A DNA stretch of 54,732 nucleotides from Prorocentrum cordatum (Eukaryota). Both the position numbers and the translations under genes were made by a program. The stretch covers positions 62,001 through 116,732 of the forward strand of contig CAUYUJ010000221.1 in assembly GCA_963575745.1 (NCBI GenBank), written 5' to 3'. The notes under the pieces were generated by a model that saw nothing but the letters and a program-made list of their open reading frames with translations, had not been told where the DNA came from and ran no database searches. This document shows, one piece after another, positions 1 through 10,378 of this stretch (position 1 is its first letter; every line of letters starts with the position of its first letter).

Positions 1-413
1 GGGGCTTGCGTGATCGATCTCTTGCCGATCGAAGCGTGCCCCTCGACGATCGCAGCATATTTGGTTCGGAGGTCGGTGATGATCTCGGGGATCGAAGTGT
101 GGTCTTCAGGCCCCTTCTCCAAGTCTGGGGGAGAAGCACGATGACTATGACCGAGATGTCGCAGGGTCTTGTCGATGCCGATCTTGGTCATGGTCCATGC
201 CAGCCGTCGCCGACTCGCGAGGACGATCCACGATCTGACGATGACCAAGCTGGACGGAGACCAAGATCAACACCTGCGCTTCCACACGCAGTTTTGGCCA
301 TGGCCGCTGTTTCGTATCCCTCCCGAAGGAGCGGCAACAGCAGCGGCTCCTGCGTGGGACGCCTGCGGAAGCCTGACCCTCGGGACGACCATGGGTTCCG
401 CCAGCCCAGAATG

Positions 414-543
414 CAGTCAACCCACATGGTAAGGAGGAGCACCTTTCCCAAGGTTGCCCTTGCATCCCTTCCCTTTGGCCCATCCTTGGCCGCTTTCGCT
501 GGCCGTGCCCTGCTCCCAGAGTGTCGACATGGCGGGTTGACTG
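414..543. mobile_element. Tc1/mariner-type MITE (family T)
   Basis: Ends CAGTCAACCC...GGGTTGACTG with TG/TA flanks. The body is homologous to 53148-53317, 24447-24800 and ~47792 onward. Confidence 0.7.
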
Positions 544-548
544 TATCG

Positions 549-715
549 TTAAGTCGGGCCTGGTCCTTTACAGGAGGAGTATTCAAACATAGTAAGGAAT
601 ACCATGGGGACGTTTTTTTTTTCTTTGTTTGTTTTTTTGTTGTTTATGTTTGGTGTTCTTGTTCATGTTTAGTTTTCGCCCAACATCCGCCTATAGGAGG
701 ACATGCCCGACCTAA
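549..715. mobile_element. MITE family 1 (TTAAGTCGGG TIR, 8-bp TSD)
   Basis: TTAAGTCGGGCCTGGTCC...GGACATGCCCGACCTAA flanked by CTGTATCG at 541-548 and 716-723. Confidence 0.85.
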
Positions 716-2005
716 CTGTATCGTGAGTGTCTCAACGGAGGTGCGCCTTCGACGCCACAGCCTGCGATCTGCAGGGCTTCGCCGCGTCGCACGTTACGAG
801 GGGCTGCGGCCTCGGGAGCGGCAGCACACGCTGTCATCTACGAAGGGGCTGGGGCCCAGGGAGCCCGAGCGCGCTGTACTCTGCGAGCGGAGGTGGCCCC
901 CGCTGGCGCGCACGCGTCATACTTTTTCGAGGGGTTCGGTCCCAGGATTGCAGGGGAGTGTGGGTTCGAACGCGCTCATGTTTAGTAAGTTGCCAGAAAA
1001 TGTTGCTTCGGGAGTGTGGACTTGTGCTGCTTTGGCCACAGTCTTGCTGCCCAGGGGGCGCGAACTAGTAAGACACTGCGGGGTAGTGTGGTCTCGGGAG
1101 CGCGAACGCGTTGTAACTCATGAGTAATTGCGGCGTCGGGAGTGCGAACCAGTTGTAGTGTTATGTGTCGCAACGCCCCCAGCAATTCGGGCAATGTGAC
1201 ACTGGGAGAGTAATGGGGTGCTTTTCGAGCTGGTGTCCTTGCTCGTTCCTTAACCACTCCAGCGCTGGAAACAGAGAAGTACTGAACCCTGCGCGACTTC
1301 TATTGGAGGTTTTTTCTTACAGAGCATGTCAAAGCAATTCTCACCAAAGCGAAGCAATGCAACTGAACGTATCATTTGGCATGGGTTTGACTTGCATGGC
1401 ATTGTTTGCCGCTGCTTGGCGGAATCATTGTAGCTTGGTATTGTCTGGCATTGCTGGGCGCTATTTGAGCTTGCTTGGCGCTGCTCGGTGTTGCTCGGCA
1501 TCGCTTTGCCTTGCTTTGCTTGGCTCCAGTTGGCAGTGTCTGGCAGCGCTTGGCACTGCAAAGGACGGGGAGCCCAAGGAACGAGGCCACGGAACCCGAG
1601 GGACAAGACCGGGGAGCCCGAGGCAGGAGGGCAGGACTCGACTAGACGCAAGAGTGACCTTTCGCCGGAGTGACCTCTGGTGCGGGCACAGATGGGCCCC
1701 CAGACGCCTGACGGAACGAAGCGGTAGCAGCGGCTAGCGCGCCTGGATGTGGCCTCCCCCGCGGCCCCCGGAAAGCCGCGCAGCAGAGGTCACTCTCGCC
1801 TAGGGGTCACTCCTGCGTGCAGCCGGAGGACACGAGGCCGGGGAGAACCGAGCAACGGGCCGGGGGGCCGAAGGAAGGCAGGTGGCAAGGCCAGGGGGCC
1901 CAGCGGCAGGGCGGCAGGGGCACCAGGGCCGGGGAGATCCGGGCAAGGTCGGGGCTCGTCGTCTCCGAACCGGGGGGGTGGCACCCGTCAGTTCCTTCAC
2001 AGCAC

Positions 2006-2286
2006 TCCTCCTCCTCCTCGTCCTCCTGCTCCTGCTCCTGCTCCTGCTCCTCCTCCTCCTCCTCCTTCTCCTCTTCCTCCTCCTCCTCCTCCTCCTCCTC
2101 CTCCTCTGCCTCCTCCTCCTCCTCCTCCTCCTCCTCCTCGTCCTCCTCTGCCTCCTCCTCCTCCTCCTCCTCCTCCTCCTCCTCCTCTGCTTCTGCCTCC
2201 TCCTCAACGTCCTCCTCCTCATCCTCTTCTTCCTCCTGTCCTCCGCCTCCTCCTCCTCCACCTTCTCCTCCTCCTCCTCCTCCTCC
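2006..2286. repeat. (TCC)n microsatellite with flanking 11-bp direct repeat
   Basis: Imperfect TCC tract; CTTCACAGCAC occurs at 1995-2005 and 2296-2306. Confidence 0.9.
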
Positions 2287-2428
2287 GAGTAAGAGCTTCA
2301 CAGCACGAGTCGTAACCCCATAGGCGAAGCTTCACCGGGGAATAGCTTGAACACTGGGGGAGCCTTTGCAGGTTGCAGGGCCACCTCTGGCTGGCAGCCC
2401 GTTGCTCCCCGAGGGGGCTGGCGGGTTT

Positions 2429-2450
2429 GCCGTAGCCACTTTGGCTCAAG
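2429..2450 (+). other. Genomic copy of the dinoflagellate spliced leader (DinoSL) on a retrogene
   Basis: GCCGTAGCCACTTTGGCTCAAG versus DinoSL DCCGTAGCCATTTTGGCTCAAG: 21/22 match, 74 nt upstream of the RPS3 ATG. Confidence 0.95.
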
Positions 2451-2524
2451 GGTTGCAATACCGACCGCCCCGCTCACCTCTCTGACTGCCGCGCCCCCCT
2501 CCAGGCCACCACGCCCGCGGACAC

Positions 2525-3226
2525 ATGGCGAGCCAGGCGCAGGTGTCCAAGAAGCGGAAGTTCGTCGCCGATGGAGTGTTCTACGCGGAGCTCAACGAGT
2601 TCCTGATGCGCACGCTGGCCGAGGACGGCTACGCTGGCGTCGAAGTGCGCGTCACGCCCATCCGCACCGAGATCATCATTCGTGCCACCCGCACCCGCGA
2701 GGTGCTGGGAGAGAAGGGCCGCCGCATCCGCGAGCTGACCGCCGTCGTGCAGAAGCGCTACGGCTTTCCCGAGAACAGCGTCGAGCTCTTCGCGGAGCGC
2801 GTCGAGAACCGCGCTGCGTGCGCGATGGCCCAGGCGGAGTCGCTGCGCTATAAGTTGCTGGGCGGGCTGGCAGTTCGCCGCGCCTGCTACGGCGTGGTCC
2901 GCTTCATCATGGAGAACGGCGCCAAGGGCTGCGAGGTGATCATCAGCGGCAAGTTGCGCGCGCAGCGCGCGAAGGCCATGAAGTTCAAGGACGGCTACCT
3001 CATCTCCACTGGCGAGCCGAAGAAGCACTACATCGACGAGGCCGTGCGCCACGTGTCCATGCGCCAGGGCATGCTTGGCGTAAAGGTGAAGATCATGCTC
3101 GCATACGACCCCGAGGGGAAGATGGGCACCAAGATGCCGCTGCCCGACAACATCGTAATCCACGAGCCGAAGGAGGAGGCCGTGGTCGCGCCCGACCCGG
3201 GGTATGGTGAGGGCGACGGCTTCTGA
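2525..3226 (+). CDS. RPS3: 40S ribosomal protein S3 (uS3), intronless retrogene
   Basis: 233-aa intact ORF with [60 protein letters not shown] and [11 protein letters not shown] motifs typical of eukaryotic S3. Confidence 0.97.
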   Translation: MASQAQVSKKRKFVADGVFYAELNEFLMRTLAEDGYAGVEVRVTPIRTEIIIRATRTREVLGEKGRRIRELTAVVQKRYGFPENSVELFAERVENRAACAMAQAESLRYKLLGGLAVRRACYGVVRFIMENGAKGCEVIISGKLRAQRAKAMKFKDGYLISTGEPKKHYIDEAVRHVSMRQGMLGVKVKIMLAYDPEGKMGTKMPLPDNIVIHEPKEEAVVAPDPGYGEGDGF

Positions 3227-3949
3227 GAGCAGGCGACGGGATCTGGCCGAGGGGGGCCTGCCACCGCGCCCGGCGGCAGCGCCTGGGCTCGACGCCCGGC
3301 CAGAGCAAAAAGGGGGGTGACGGATCAGTGCAAAGGGTTCTGACCCTGCGGCCTTCGAGCTCATGCCTCGACGATGCCGCACCGCCGAGCCCCGAGTCCC
3401 CGAGCGCTCGAGGGTTTTGGGAGCCTCCACCTGCTGTTGATGCCACGCTCCTGTCGTCCATCTCTTGCTTCCATCTCCGCGACCTCCTGCCTCTTTCCTC
3501 ATCGCCTACTCCCTCCTCGCTCCTGCGTCTTCCCTCCTCCCTCTAGCCTCCTCCCTCTCCGTCCACATCCTGTTCACGTCCTTCCTTCCTCTACCCTCCC
3601 CCGTCTCCCATTCTTTTTCACCCTTCCCTTATTGGAGCTGGCAGGACGATTCCTCGCAGTCAGTAATGAGAAGACATCCTCAAAGGGGTGTGTGATCGAA
3701 GTGAAGCCTACACGCGACCGGTGAATGGGGTTGGTATCGACGGCGTGTGGTGCACATGTTGGGAGACACGCGAGCAAGTAAGAGCAACTCGTTCTATTAC
3801 TACTGGGCATGTCCTAGAGGTTTCTGTGTGTCTACTTTAAGGTTGGGGCTTGGCTGGTGGGCGGGAGCGCATGCTTGATGGTGGCAGAGCCCCACTCGCA
3901 GGACTGATTATGATTCTCTGGGCGCATCCATTACATGGGGCAGGCTCTT

Positions 3950-4330
3950 AGTGTTGCCAGAACTCCATTCCCAGGGCTTATTCTCATCATTCAGGTGCGA
4001 TCCTGAAAACCAGTCGGTGTCCGTGTTGCCAGAACTCCATTCCCTGGGCCTGATTCTGACCATTTGGGTGCCGCTCTTGCAGCCGACCTGCTTTTCGTGG
4101 GCAGGCTTCGATCTTTGAGCATCTGGAGCCAGCCTGAGTGCTCTTCATGTCTCCAGAATTCCAGTCCAGGGCCTATTGTCTCAGCGTCCGGACCCGACCA
4201 TCCTGCGTCTGGTGGCCTTCATGCTGGAAGAACTTGAATTCCGTGCCTGATTTTGTGCGTCTGGAGTCATTGCTGGAGTGGGCAGTGCTCCTCATGCTCG
4301 CAACTAGGGCCACCACGAGGGTGCGAAGTT
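3950..4330 (-). pseudogene. Possible degenerate LINE C-terminal fragment
   Basis: Minus strand reads ...EGHQTQDGR...ALDWN...PRKAGR...AQGMEFWQ, resembling LINE ORF2 ends. GTGTTGCCAGAACTCCATTCCC is duplicated at ~3951 and ~4023. Confidence 0.35.
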
Positions 4331-4565
4331 AGTCGCGCTTCGCATTCACTTCACGGTCTGGGCGATCTCAGAGCGAGGCGCGAGTCCCTAATCCTATTCC
4401 GGGGGGGGGGGCGGCGCGAAAGCGCGAAGATGATCGCGCTTCGTGGAGCGCGAAGCTCGAATATAGTTGCCGTAGTCGAAGCTCCAGGTCCAGTTGCAGC
4501 TTCAGCTTCGCTCCAGCCCCAGCTGCAGCTTCGATCCAGAGTTCCAGCCCCGGCTCCAGCCCCAG

Positions 4566-5995
4566 TGTCCGTGCTCTACAAGTTGTTCAGCCGCCTGCTA
4601 TACAACCTGCTCTCATCAGCACTCGACCAGCACCAACCCGACGACCAAGCAGGCTTCCGACTTGGGCGCGGCACGCGCGACTATTTCTTCACATGTAACA
4701 TCCTGCGGGACCAGGCTTCTGCATGGAATCAGACTATGCGGACCACAGCAGTAGGTTTCGACAGAAAAACATTCGACATCGTGGAACACAGCAGCTTATG
4801 GGCAGCCCTGCGTCGCCAGGACGTGTCGCCCGATTACGTCCACTTGCTCCAACGCCTCCACCATGACCAAACGGCAGTAGTACGCAACGATTCCATGCGC
4901 AAATCGTTCAAATTGCGACCGACGCAGCACGAAACAAGGAGACCCCTTAAGCTCCTTGCTCTTCAACGCGCTACTACAGCACGTTCTCGCACCACTCATT
5001 CCAGAATGGCAGCGACGACGAAAAGTTGTTCGATTGGCGCACACCGACCAATCTGTTCTCACCAACCTCCGTGTCGCCGACGACATCCTGCCAGTCAGCC
5101 AGATGTTGCCCGACCTGAAGACTCTACTTGCAGACTTGATCACAGTAGCGAGCGAGACCACATGGCTTCGAAATACACCCGACTTGGACAGAACTCATTA
5201 CCAACCAAACTAAGACCCGGACTCGCTCTACCAGCATTGCAGCCATGGACATTGCCAGACATGCCACACACTGGCAAGGTGGCATACCTCGGCCAGACAA
5301 TTACATTCCAACAAACCGCGGCGACAGAAATCGAACACCGGATACAAGCTGCGTGGGCATGCTTCACAGCTCGCAGTCAAGAACTGACGAACACGCACTA
5401 CACATTCAAACACAGGCTGAGTCTTTATCATGGCACCGTCATTTTCACGGCGACATACGGTTCGGAAGCGTTGACCTTGACAGAGCCATTGCGACAACAG
5501 CTACGTCACACTCAACAACGGATGGTTCGGGCAATCATCGGAACTCCGAGAAGGCGCACAATCGCCACCTGGCGAATGCGCGCCGCCCCAACAACAGACA
5601 ACCACAGTAATAACGACGCAGACAGCGACCACCCTGACAACCCCAGCGACCACGACGCATCCAGCACCCCACCCTATCAGAGCAGACCAGCACACAATAA
5701 GACACCGGTGACGCGCACCAGACCCACGAGCAGATGATGGACGACGACGAGCCGTGGTCTGACTTCATCCGCAGGAGTACACGCAGAGCTGAGGAGCTCA
5801 TGGGCAAGCACGACATCCTTGATTTAGTACAGATATATTGCACACCAAAAGTTTGGCGTTGGGCCACGCGCGTTGCAAGCCATCCGCAGAAACGATGGAC
5901 ACACCGAGAGTTGAATTGGAACCCCAGTCTCGACACGAAACAACAAAGTCACCTCAGCATGCCGGCCAACGAAAGCGGTGGGACGACGACGTGAG
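4566..5995 (+). mobile_element. 5'-truncated, frameshifted non-LTR retrotransposon (RTE-like) reverse transcriptase
   Basis: Motifs across frames: LYKLFSRLLY, QAGFR, KTFDIVEHSSLWAAL, LLFNALLQ, NLRVADDIL, YLGQTI, EIEHRIQAAW, TYGSEALTL, WRWATRVA. Confidence 0.9.
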
Positions 5996-6649
5996 TAAGT
6001 TTTTGCAGGGGTAGCATGTACGAGTGCTAATGACGAAGCCACCGGCAGCGACACCAACGACGCCGTCCATCCACGATGATGGATGATGCCTCCATTGCAA
6101 CAGTAACTGTGTGAGATGGTTGACAGCCGCGACAGACACGACGTGGTGGGACTCGCTTGAGAGCGCTTTCATGTCATACATCAGACGAGGGTACAAACTA
6201 TAGCCGGTTCTACCTTCCAGCGCCAACACCAATGACCACCAACTCCGGCAGTAACACAACAGCACCGACTACACACAACAGCAGCGACTAAACCCCTGAC
6301 CACCACCGACAGTAACATAGCAAGGCCAACAGCAACACCGACAGCAATGCAATCGTGGCACCAAACCACAGCAACGAGTACCGACGACCATCTAAAATAG
6401 CAGACACCGTCCGCACCGATCCGATCTTGACCAGGTTCTTGAACATCTTCTGTCACGCCCCCTATCTCTTTCGATTCACGCGCGTCCTGTTCCTTGCCTA
6501 TCTTGTGCACTGTTCCTGTAGTGTTTCGCCCACGATTCTTATTCGCGCACGGTGTGAGGCCACGGCCTCGTGTGCCTTGCCCGCAAGGGCATCAGCACAC
6601 CTGCGTGCCCGACTCCGGCGCCTTGGCTCTGTTTCGCTTCGCTTCTCCT

Positions 6650-6965
6650 AGCTCCAGCCCCAGCTCCAGCCTGAGCTCTGGACCAGCCCCAGCTCAGCTC
6701 CGGCTCCAGCTGCGGGTTCGCCCCAGATTAAGGCACAGCCCTGGGGAAACGTCCAGCACAAGCTTCAGCTCCAACCGAAGTCCTGTCCAGCTCGAGCCCC
6801 GGCTCCAGCCCCAGACCCAGATGAAGCTCCAGCTTCGCTCCAGCCCCAACTCCAGCTCGAGCTCCTGCTCCAGCTCCATCCCACCTTCGCTCCAGTCCCA
6901 GCAAAACCATCTTCATCTCAATCAAGCTTAGCTCCAGATCCAGCTCCAACCCAGCTCCAGCTCCG
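6650..6965. repeat. (CTCCAG)n-like hexamer repeat
   Basis: Degenerate GCTCCA/GCCCCA array; the same repeat is at 4481-4565 on the other side of the LINE. Confidence 0.85.
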
Positions 6966-7147
6966 GCCTTGCATCCTGCCGAAGGCCATTCTGTCCTGGC
7001 TTGCTGCTTGTTCAGGTTGCGTGTCTCATATGGCTTAACTCATGCTGAGTTGTTGGTATTACCCGGTTTAGATCCCAAACCCCATCTTACATGCCCCAAG
7101 CTCCATATCCGAGCTTCACCTTTTTGGATCATAGCGTTGCACAGAAC

Positions 7148-7330
7148 TCACAAGCACAAGCACACACACAAAAACACAAACACAAACACAAACACCAACA
7201 CTAACACAAACACAAACACAATCACCGACATAAACACGCACAAGCACAATCACAAACACAAGCGCAACACATAACACACCATACACCCAACAACAACACC
7301 AAGCACAGTCCCAAACACACATACATACAC
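7148..7330. repeat. (ACAAAC)n/CA-rich microsatellite
   Basis: Direct reading. Confidence 0.85.
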
Positions 7331-8442
7331 AGCCCGTTTTTATTCGCTGGTGTTGTTTGTTTCATACACGCCTCCATACATTGAGTTGCCGATCAGCAAG
7401 CGCAATTCCCCAGACACTGAATTGCCTTCCCAGCCACACGGTCATCATTTGCTTGCCTTCTCAGCTGGGCGTCTTACTCTTAGGATCATGCTGACATGTC
7501 TTTGCACGCTCTTGTTCGTATCGTCCATCTGTGATTTGGCGACCCCCCGCCCCCTTCTGCAGGGCCCAGACGTCGACTGGCCCCGCGCCGAGAGTCCTTG
7601 TGGGGCTCGACAACGGCCCGAGAAAGCCCAAGAGGGACAAAGCTAGGACGAAGGCCCCGATGTGGCGTTGAGCTGGCCCATGAAGCCCTGGAGTCGCCGC
7701 TGGGAAGCGAATGGTATGAAGGAGTGCGTTTTCTTTCAGGGGGTTCTTACCCAGGTTCTTGAACATGAAGCAATGGAGGGCTCAGCCAGGTTCTCACGCT
7801 AGAGTCGCTTGGGGCGCGTCTGCCCCCCAGCTCCAGGAGGCTCCCCAGACAGGCCACTAGTGACACAAGAGGCCCTCAAGACGCTTTAAGAGAGCCACAG
7901 CTGAACTCCCAAAGGATCCAATCATGCATGAACGAAGCCCAGCACAGTACCAATAAGCTCTAATATGGCCCAGGCATGGCCCATGCTCAAGAAGCCCCGA
8001 GGATTTCCCCAAGGATTCCTCGGGGGCACTACTGGGATGCGGAATAACATTTTCAATTCTTGTTTTGCTGGCCTGTCTGACTGTGTGGGAGGGCCATAAT
8101 CAGCGCTGGGAGATCGTGGGAGGGCCATAATCTCACACTGCAGTTGCTTGTGGCGCATTTTGGAATGTCCGCATGGCCTAAAGAAAACTTAGAAAACCCA
8201 AAGAGGGACCCACACTGATTCAACCGTTCCTCAAGAGACTTCAGTTTCAATTCTTGCTCAAGCTTATGGGGCTCAATCAACTCTGGGCTGAGATTTTTCC
8301 ACCATGATTGACGCCCAGCAACAGTCTCGACCGAGTGTTTACGCTATCGGTGCGGCTGGACATGAGAGTGACAGGGCAGCACATGGAAGCGCAGCGAAGC
8401 ACGCATTCTGCGAAGCGTATCGGCTACGTGAGAAAGGCCTAG

Positions 8443-8652
8443 GCCGCTACGTTGCTGACATCAGCGCGTTCGGCAAAAGCAGGCAGTGGCAACACGCGCT
8501 GGCGCTTCTCGAGGAAGCGGTTGAAGCCAAGTTGACGCTCAGCGTCATCTGCTACAACGCAGGCATGAGCGCGTGCGGGAAGGGCAAGCAGTGGAAGCGA
8601 GCCCTGTCTCTACTCCGCGAGATGCTGGGGGCAAAGGTCGAGCCTGACGTCA
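8443..8652 (+). pseudogene. PPR block, 2 x 105 bp
   Basis: RYVADISAFGKSRQWQHALALLEEAVEAKLTLSVI-CYNAGMSACGKGKQWKRALSLLREMLGAKVEPDV; exactly 210 bp between CTAG (8439-8442) and TC (8653). Confidence 0.85.
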
Positions 8653-9075
8653 TCTCCTCCGAGACAACCTAGCCACTTATGGGGTACCCACACGGTTTTC
8701 GTTGTTGGACTCTTCACCCTGGAGTGCTCTTCGGTCCAGGGCACCCTCATGCGGCCGCAGACCTTCGGCGAAGGAGGGGGAGGGGGAGGGGCACCACGGA
8801 GGCCTCCGGGCGCGTCCGCGAGAGCCCCTGCGAGACGACCCGCGGCGGCCCTCCCTGGAAGTCCCCGGGCGTCGTGTGCCGCTTTTCGCGGGCACTCCGC
8901 CACGCCCGCGCGGGAGCGTGCCGAGATGGGCCCCTCAGGCTCCCAGAGATCCGAGGAGCCGATTTTTTCCCAATCATCCTGTGGTGTTGGGTCCTCGTTC
9001 TGAAGAAAGGGTCCCCGCGTCTCCTTCTCCTCCTCCGGTGCCCTCCCCGCTCCTCCCTCCTCCATGCGTTTCACC

Positions 9076-9450
9076 CACCCAGTACAGCGTTTCGTGGCCC
9101 CATAGGGAGCTCCACCGAAGGCCCCTGCCGGGGGGGTACCACATGCGTCTGCCACGCCCAGTACAGCGTTTCGTGGCCCCATGGGGAGCTCCACCGAAGG
9201 CCCCTGCGGGGGGGTACAACATGCGTCTGCCACACCCAGTGCAGCGTTTCGTGGCCCCATCGTGCTCCACCGAAGCCCCTAGTGGGACCGTCCGCCGGCG
9301 TCCCACACGCCCAAGTTGGCATTTTCACTCACCCAGTACGGCGTTTCGTGACCGCACAGGGAGCTCCACCGATGGCCCCAGTGCAACCGCCCGCATGCGT
9401 TCCCCCCCACCCAGTGTAGCGCTTCGTGGCCCCATAGGGAGCTTCACCGA
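9076..9450. repeat. ~77-bp minisatellite, 4-5 copies
   Basis: CCCAGTACAGCGTTTCGTGGCCCCAT.GGGAGCTCCACCGAAG recurs. Confidence 0.85.
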
Positions 9451-10087
9451 AGAAGATATTCACAATTGCGGTACCCACAACTGCATCTGGTTGGGTCCTT
9501 CGCCAGGATAATTCCTGGATTTCGGCCTCCGGGGCCCGTTCTCGGGCCCAGGGACCATCAAAAATGGATCCGGGACGAAAAGCCACTCCCGGGGAAGGGT
9601 CTGGGACCCCTGGGGCCGCGGATTGAACAACACAGATCGGCGGGTGTTTGGGTTTCCGACGGCGCCGAAGATGCCGACCCCTCAGAGGCCAAGAGGGCCC
9701 CAGATGTCTCCCAGAGGGCCCACAACGGCCTTGCTTGGCGCCCAAACCGGCCCGGAGGCGGCTCCATGATGACCAAGGTCGCCCTAACATGGTCCCAACA
9801 GCTCGCGAGATTGTCACCACGCCCCCCACAATTTTAACCGGGAAGTTCCGAGCGACCCCTTGGTAGTCCAGAGAGGGTCCCAAGAGACAAACAGGCCCAA
9901 GCTTACCCTGGCAGCATCCTAAGATTCGGATCGGTGCAAAGTCCCCGCAGTCTGCGCAAAGTCCTTGAGTCTACGGGACGAGCACGATCACCGCAGAAAT
10001 CCCGAGTTCATGAGGCCGTGTGACGTCCTGCTACGTTCTGATGGTCAGTTGCTAGCCCGTTTTTTTGAATCCACTGGCATACACTAG

Positions 10088-10378
10088 TCAGCTACAACTC
10101 TGGGATCAGCGCGTGCGAACGAGGCGAGCAGTGGCCCGCAGCCCTGTCGCTGCTCAGGGAAATGTCGGAGGTGAAGCTGGATCCTGACGTTATTAGTTAC
10201 AATGCTGGGATGAGCGCGTGCGAAAAAGGCGAGCAGTGGCAACGAGCGTTGTCGTTGCTCAGTGAGATGATCGAGGCGAAGTCGGAGCCCGACGTGATAA
10301 GTTACAATGCTGGGGTTAGCGCGTGCCAGAGAGGTTAGAAGTGGCAGCTGGCCCTGTCACTACTCAGCGAGATGCCGA
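10088..10378 (+). pseudogene. PPR block, ~2.8 units, in-frame stop
   Basis: Starts at CTAG^TCAGCTAC. Reads SYNSGISACERGEQW..., SYNAGMSACEKGEQWQRALSLLSEM...; TAG at 10336-10338. Confidence 0.88.

Noticed and set aside
800..870. Possible decayed Helitron junction (CACACGCTGTCATCTAC)
   Set aside because: CTAG is not intact and downstream similarity is too weak to support.
6..1127. 373-aa ORF
   Set aside because: It starts at TTG, runs through two MITEs and has no recognisable domain.
1749..2323. Poly-Pro/Glu/Arg/Ser/Leu ORFs (also at ~11 kb, 16.6 kb, 38 kb, 43 kb, 44.6 kb and 54.4 kb)
   Set aside because: Translations of trinucleotide microsatellites that are open in most frames; no coding evidence.
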